NCBI GenBank assembly: GCA_003971905.1
Contig: RSEE01000064.1
Coordinates: forward strand, 310,001 to 374,000
DNA from: Moniliella sp. 'wahieum'
Lineage: Eukaryota
Length of the DNA: 64,000 nucleotides
Direction: 5' to 3'
Shown here: positions 61,276-64,000 of the stretch, piece after piece
How the letters are laid out: each line of letters begins with the position of its first letter
Numbering within the stretch: position 1 is the stretch's first letter
Notes under the pieces: model-generated
What the model was told of the DNA's origin: nothing
Database searches by the model: none
The model's input: only the letters and a program-made list of their open reading frames with translations
Translations under genes and position numbers: made by a program

Positions 61276-62523
61276 ATGGGCGCCAACGCTAACACCGATC
61301 TCTCGGTCAGCGACACCACAATGGTGAACAAGCGCGATTACTGGACACCAACCGGTCGCGATCCGCCACCGATTGGCACCGACAACGAGGAACTCATGAT
61401 GCTTTGCGCCGAAGCGCACCTGTGGTTCAAGAAGACGAACGACATCGATGTCGTTAAAGAGAAGATCAACAGAGCTATACACGACAGAGCCGAGTGGCTT
61501 GGATGGAAGGACGAACCTACGTCTATCACGACAAACTGGGTTCGACGGGCTACGAATTTTGTGGTGCAAAACATCCACCAAATGGAAACTCAACCCAACG
61601 CAACTTTGGGGGCACCTACAGGCGCAGCCTCGCGACCCGAGTACGACCTTTACAGATCACTACGCGAGTCTCCCACCAAGAATATCAAGTGGCCTGATCT
61701 GAACAAAGACCCGTCCGCCTACAGCGCTTGGGAAGACGAATTTCTCTTCGCGATAACAGATGCCCACCCCCACGCAAGCGACGTCGTCCAGAATGGTCGC
61801 AGCTCCCGCTACTTCACCGAGGACCTCGACAGACGCTTGCACAACCTTCTTAGGGAAGCCATGCCGTCAACCCTCTTCCGGACGATCCGCACCCACCACG
61901 AAATATCATGCACCCAGGACACGCTGAACATGCTGCGTCAGCGGTATGGATATACGCCTACCGCAAACAGAGGGCCTCTACTCATTCGCTACTTTTCGGC
62001 CGACCAAGGAAACCGATCGGGTCGAGACTACCTCGACTACATGGAAGAGATCAGTGCAAGCCTGACGCGAGCGGGCATCCCACTTACGGAAGAGCAGGAA
62101 CGCACTGGGATCCTACTCGGCTTACGCGACATGAGCATTCGCCAGCGTGAAGAGCGCTCGAGTCTAGACAAGTTACGGCAGGCCGTGATGGACATACCAG
62201 CCGCCACGTATCCCGGTGGAGAAAGGAAGAGAAACGGAGGCAAGCCGGTCAACGGAGGAACGCCTTGGACTCGACCCGACAGCGGGGGACGACCCACCAG
62301 CGGGGGAAAAAACTCCAGCGGGGGCAAAGCCGGCGACGACAACCTCGCGGACACAAAGACCAAGGGGCAAGACCGCACCAACCAACCCTGGCGCAGCGCG
62401 ACGTCTAATAAACCTGTTGTCCCTCCGCGCAACCCAGGCCGAGCCAACGCTCACGTCGCTCAGAGAGCGAGCTCTCCCGAGTCTGAAGTGATTGACGTTG
62501 ATGCGGGCACAGCTGACTACTAG
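61276..62523 (+). CDS. gag: Retrotransposon Gag (about 415 aa, no CCHC knuckle)
   Basis: Uninterrupted ORF from ACCATGG at 61276. Copia gag-like core (YSAWEDEF..LDRRLHNLL..LRQRYG..ILLGL) and a basic Gly-rich C-terminus. Ends with TAG. Confidence 0.8.
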   Translation: MGANANTDLSVSDTTMVNKRDYWTPTGRDPPPIGTDNEELMMLCAEAHLWFKKTNDIDVVKEKINRAIHDRAEWLGWKDEPTSITTNWVRRATNFVVQNIHQMETQPNATLGAPTGAASRPEYDLYRSLRESPTKNIKWPDLNKDPSAYSAWEDEFLFAITDAHPHASDVVQNGRSSRYFTEDLDRRLHNLLREAMPSTLFRTIRTHHEISCTQDTLNMLRQRYGYTPTANRGPLLIRYFSADQGNRSGRDYLDYMEEISASLTRAGIPLTEEQERTGILLGLRDMSIRQREERSSLDKLRQAVMDIPAATYPGGERKRNGGKPVNGGTPWTRPDSGGRPTSGGKNSSGGKAGDDNLADTKTKGQDRTNQPWRSATSNKPVVPPRNPGRANAHVAQRASSPESEVIDVDAGTADY

Positions 62524-64000
62524 GAACTCGGGGGCGAAATGCGAATCATCCGGGCATTATATGACAGTGGGGCATTCCCATCCATTTGGAAAGACAAATC
62601 CGTCTTCACATCCATGACCCCTTGCGACGACGAGATAGAGGTTGCTAACGGGACACATGTAAAGGCGGAAGGACGAGGCACGGCCACAATCCGTATCCGA
62701 TGCTTAGGAGGACACCAAATGGAGATAAAACTCCCCAACAGCCTATACATGCCCCGTTTCAGCCGAAATCTCGTCAGTGTAGCACACCTGTCGAACACCG
62801 GAATCGCATCATACTTCGCCCCACACCAGAAGGGTATCTGGCTTGGTAACCCAGGATCCACCCTACGAAAAGTAACCGGCAGTGACTATCAATTCACGAT
62901 CTTACACAACCCGCGAACGCCACCCACACCCCTGCGGGCCATGGCGACCAAACCGATCAAACCGGCCGACCCACCCTCAACCCCAAACTCCCTCGCAGCA
63001 TCCCTGGCCCTGGACCACGTCTCTAAAGCCCACAAACGCTGGAACCACGCAGCCATCGACCTCCTCCCCTGGCTTACACGATCGGAAACCGCAGGCCTCC
63101 GCGTCACAGCCAAGCATATCTCCCTCTGTCGTTCAGAGTGGGATTGCCCAACATGCGCGGTGGCACTAGCGACAGCATCGCCCCATCCGAGCCGGGACCG
63201 CCTCCGATCCAAAAGACCTTTCGAGGTCCTCCACGTCGACGTAGTAGACCTCCCCCGGGTAACCGGCATGGGGCACGGATACGCCCTCGTCGCCGTTGAT
63301 GACTTCACGCGGTACGTCTTCACCACAGCGATCCCGACAAAGGGCGCTGCAACGAAGGAACTGCGGAACCTCATATTGCGGGAGCAACGCTACGGCCCGG
63401 ACAGACTGCTGCGGACTTTGCGCACGGACAACGCCCCCGAATTGACAAGCGCACTGCAACCTTTTCTGGACGAGCAAGGCATCACGTCAGAACGGACAAT
63501 CCCGGGGCAGAGTGCTAGCAACGGTGTGGCTGAGCGTGCCATCCGAACCATAACGACTCGTGCAAGGCAGTTGCTCTTGGGTACAGGTCTTCCGACGTCG
63601 GACTGGTGGGAACACAGCCTCCACGCTGCGTGCTTCACCCAAAACCAAATGCCACTCAAAACATCCGGGGAAGACAACAAATCGCGATTTGAGCGATACA
63701 AAGGCCACGCATACTCGTTACCGATGCAACCCTTTGGCCGCGTTGCATACCTCCATCTGCCCGAGTCACGCCGCGAGCACAAGCTCAGCGGCGGGCAGAG
63801 GAAGGTATGCTGGTAGGATACCACCATCAGCGCGGATCAAAGGGATGGCTCTTCGCCACATACCAACCATCCCTGGGTACCTTCACCTACCGCTGGTCGA
63901 AACCGTACAAATGGGGCAACGCCATCTACCCCCATCTCCACCCCGACCACTTCCCACCCGACATCTCCAAATCACCTCAAATTAAAATCGACAGTGAAAA
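62524..64000 (+). CDS. pol: Retrotransposon Pol (aspartic protease, integrase; RT expected beyond the window)
   Basis: Protease LYDSGA and IEVANG..AEGRG. Zn-binding HKRWNH...CPTC. Integrase DDE: LHVD, VDDFTRY, LRTDNAPE, NGVAERAIRT. Then PFGRVAY and, after a frameshift near 63808, LVGYHHQRGSKGW. Confidence 0.92.

Larger units (their letters stand above)
61062..64000 (+). mobile_element. Ty1/copia LTR retrotransposon (5' part; continues beyond the window)
   Basis: TG-start at the breakpoint of the host gene, followed by a gag ORF and then protease and integrase in copia domain order. Confidence 0.93.

Noticed and set aside
63814..63816. Second TAG in pol as another readthrough site
   Set aside because: Copia homology (LVGY..KGW) continues in a different frame, so this is a 1-nt indel, not readthrough.

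Overview
High-GC, intron-poor fungal genomic DNA, most likely a basidiomycete (Ustilaginomycotina-like by inference from gene set and intron density). The first 47 kb carry an Nrg1-type C2H2 factor, a forkhead factor, a Sac7/Bag7-type RhoGAP, a DHA1 MFS transporter, tRNA-Glu(CTC), Pth2, a Zn2Cys6 factor, an SREBP-type bHLH factor and tRNA-Asp(GTC). The remainder carries a small secreted protein, EMG1/NEP1, a mitochondrial-type ProRS, an Icp55-like aminopeptidase P, a CYSTM protein and the 3' part of a bacterial-type mannose-1-phosphate guanylyltransferase. That last gene is cut by a Ty1/copia LTR retrotransposon that runs off the right edge. Most genes contain 1-2 nt frameshifts that look like consensus errors, so many boundaries are approximate. 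Three observations stand out. (1) The copia gag and pol are in one frame, separated by a single UAG (candidate readthrough). (2) The element sits inside a bacterial-like manC gene. (3) Intergenic DNA follows a 7-bp-period grammar of many different A....T palindromic hexamers joined by TCA/TGA.
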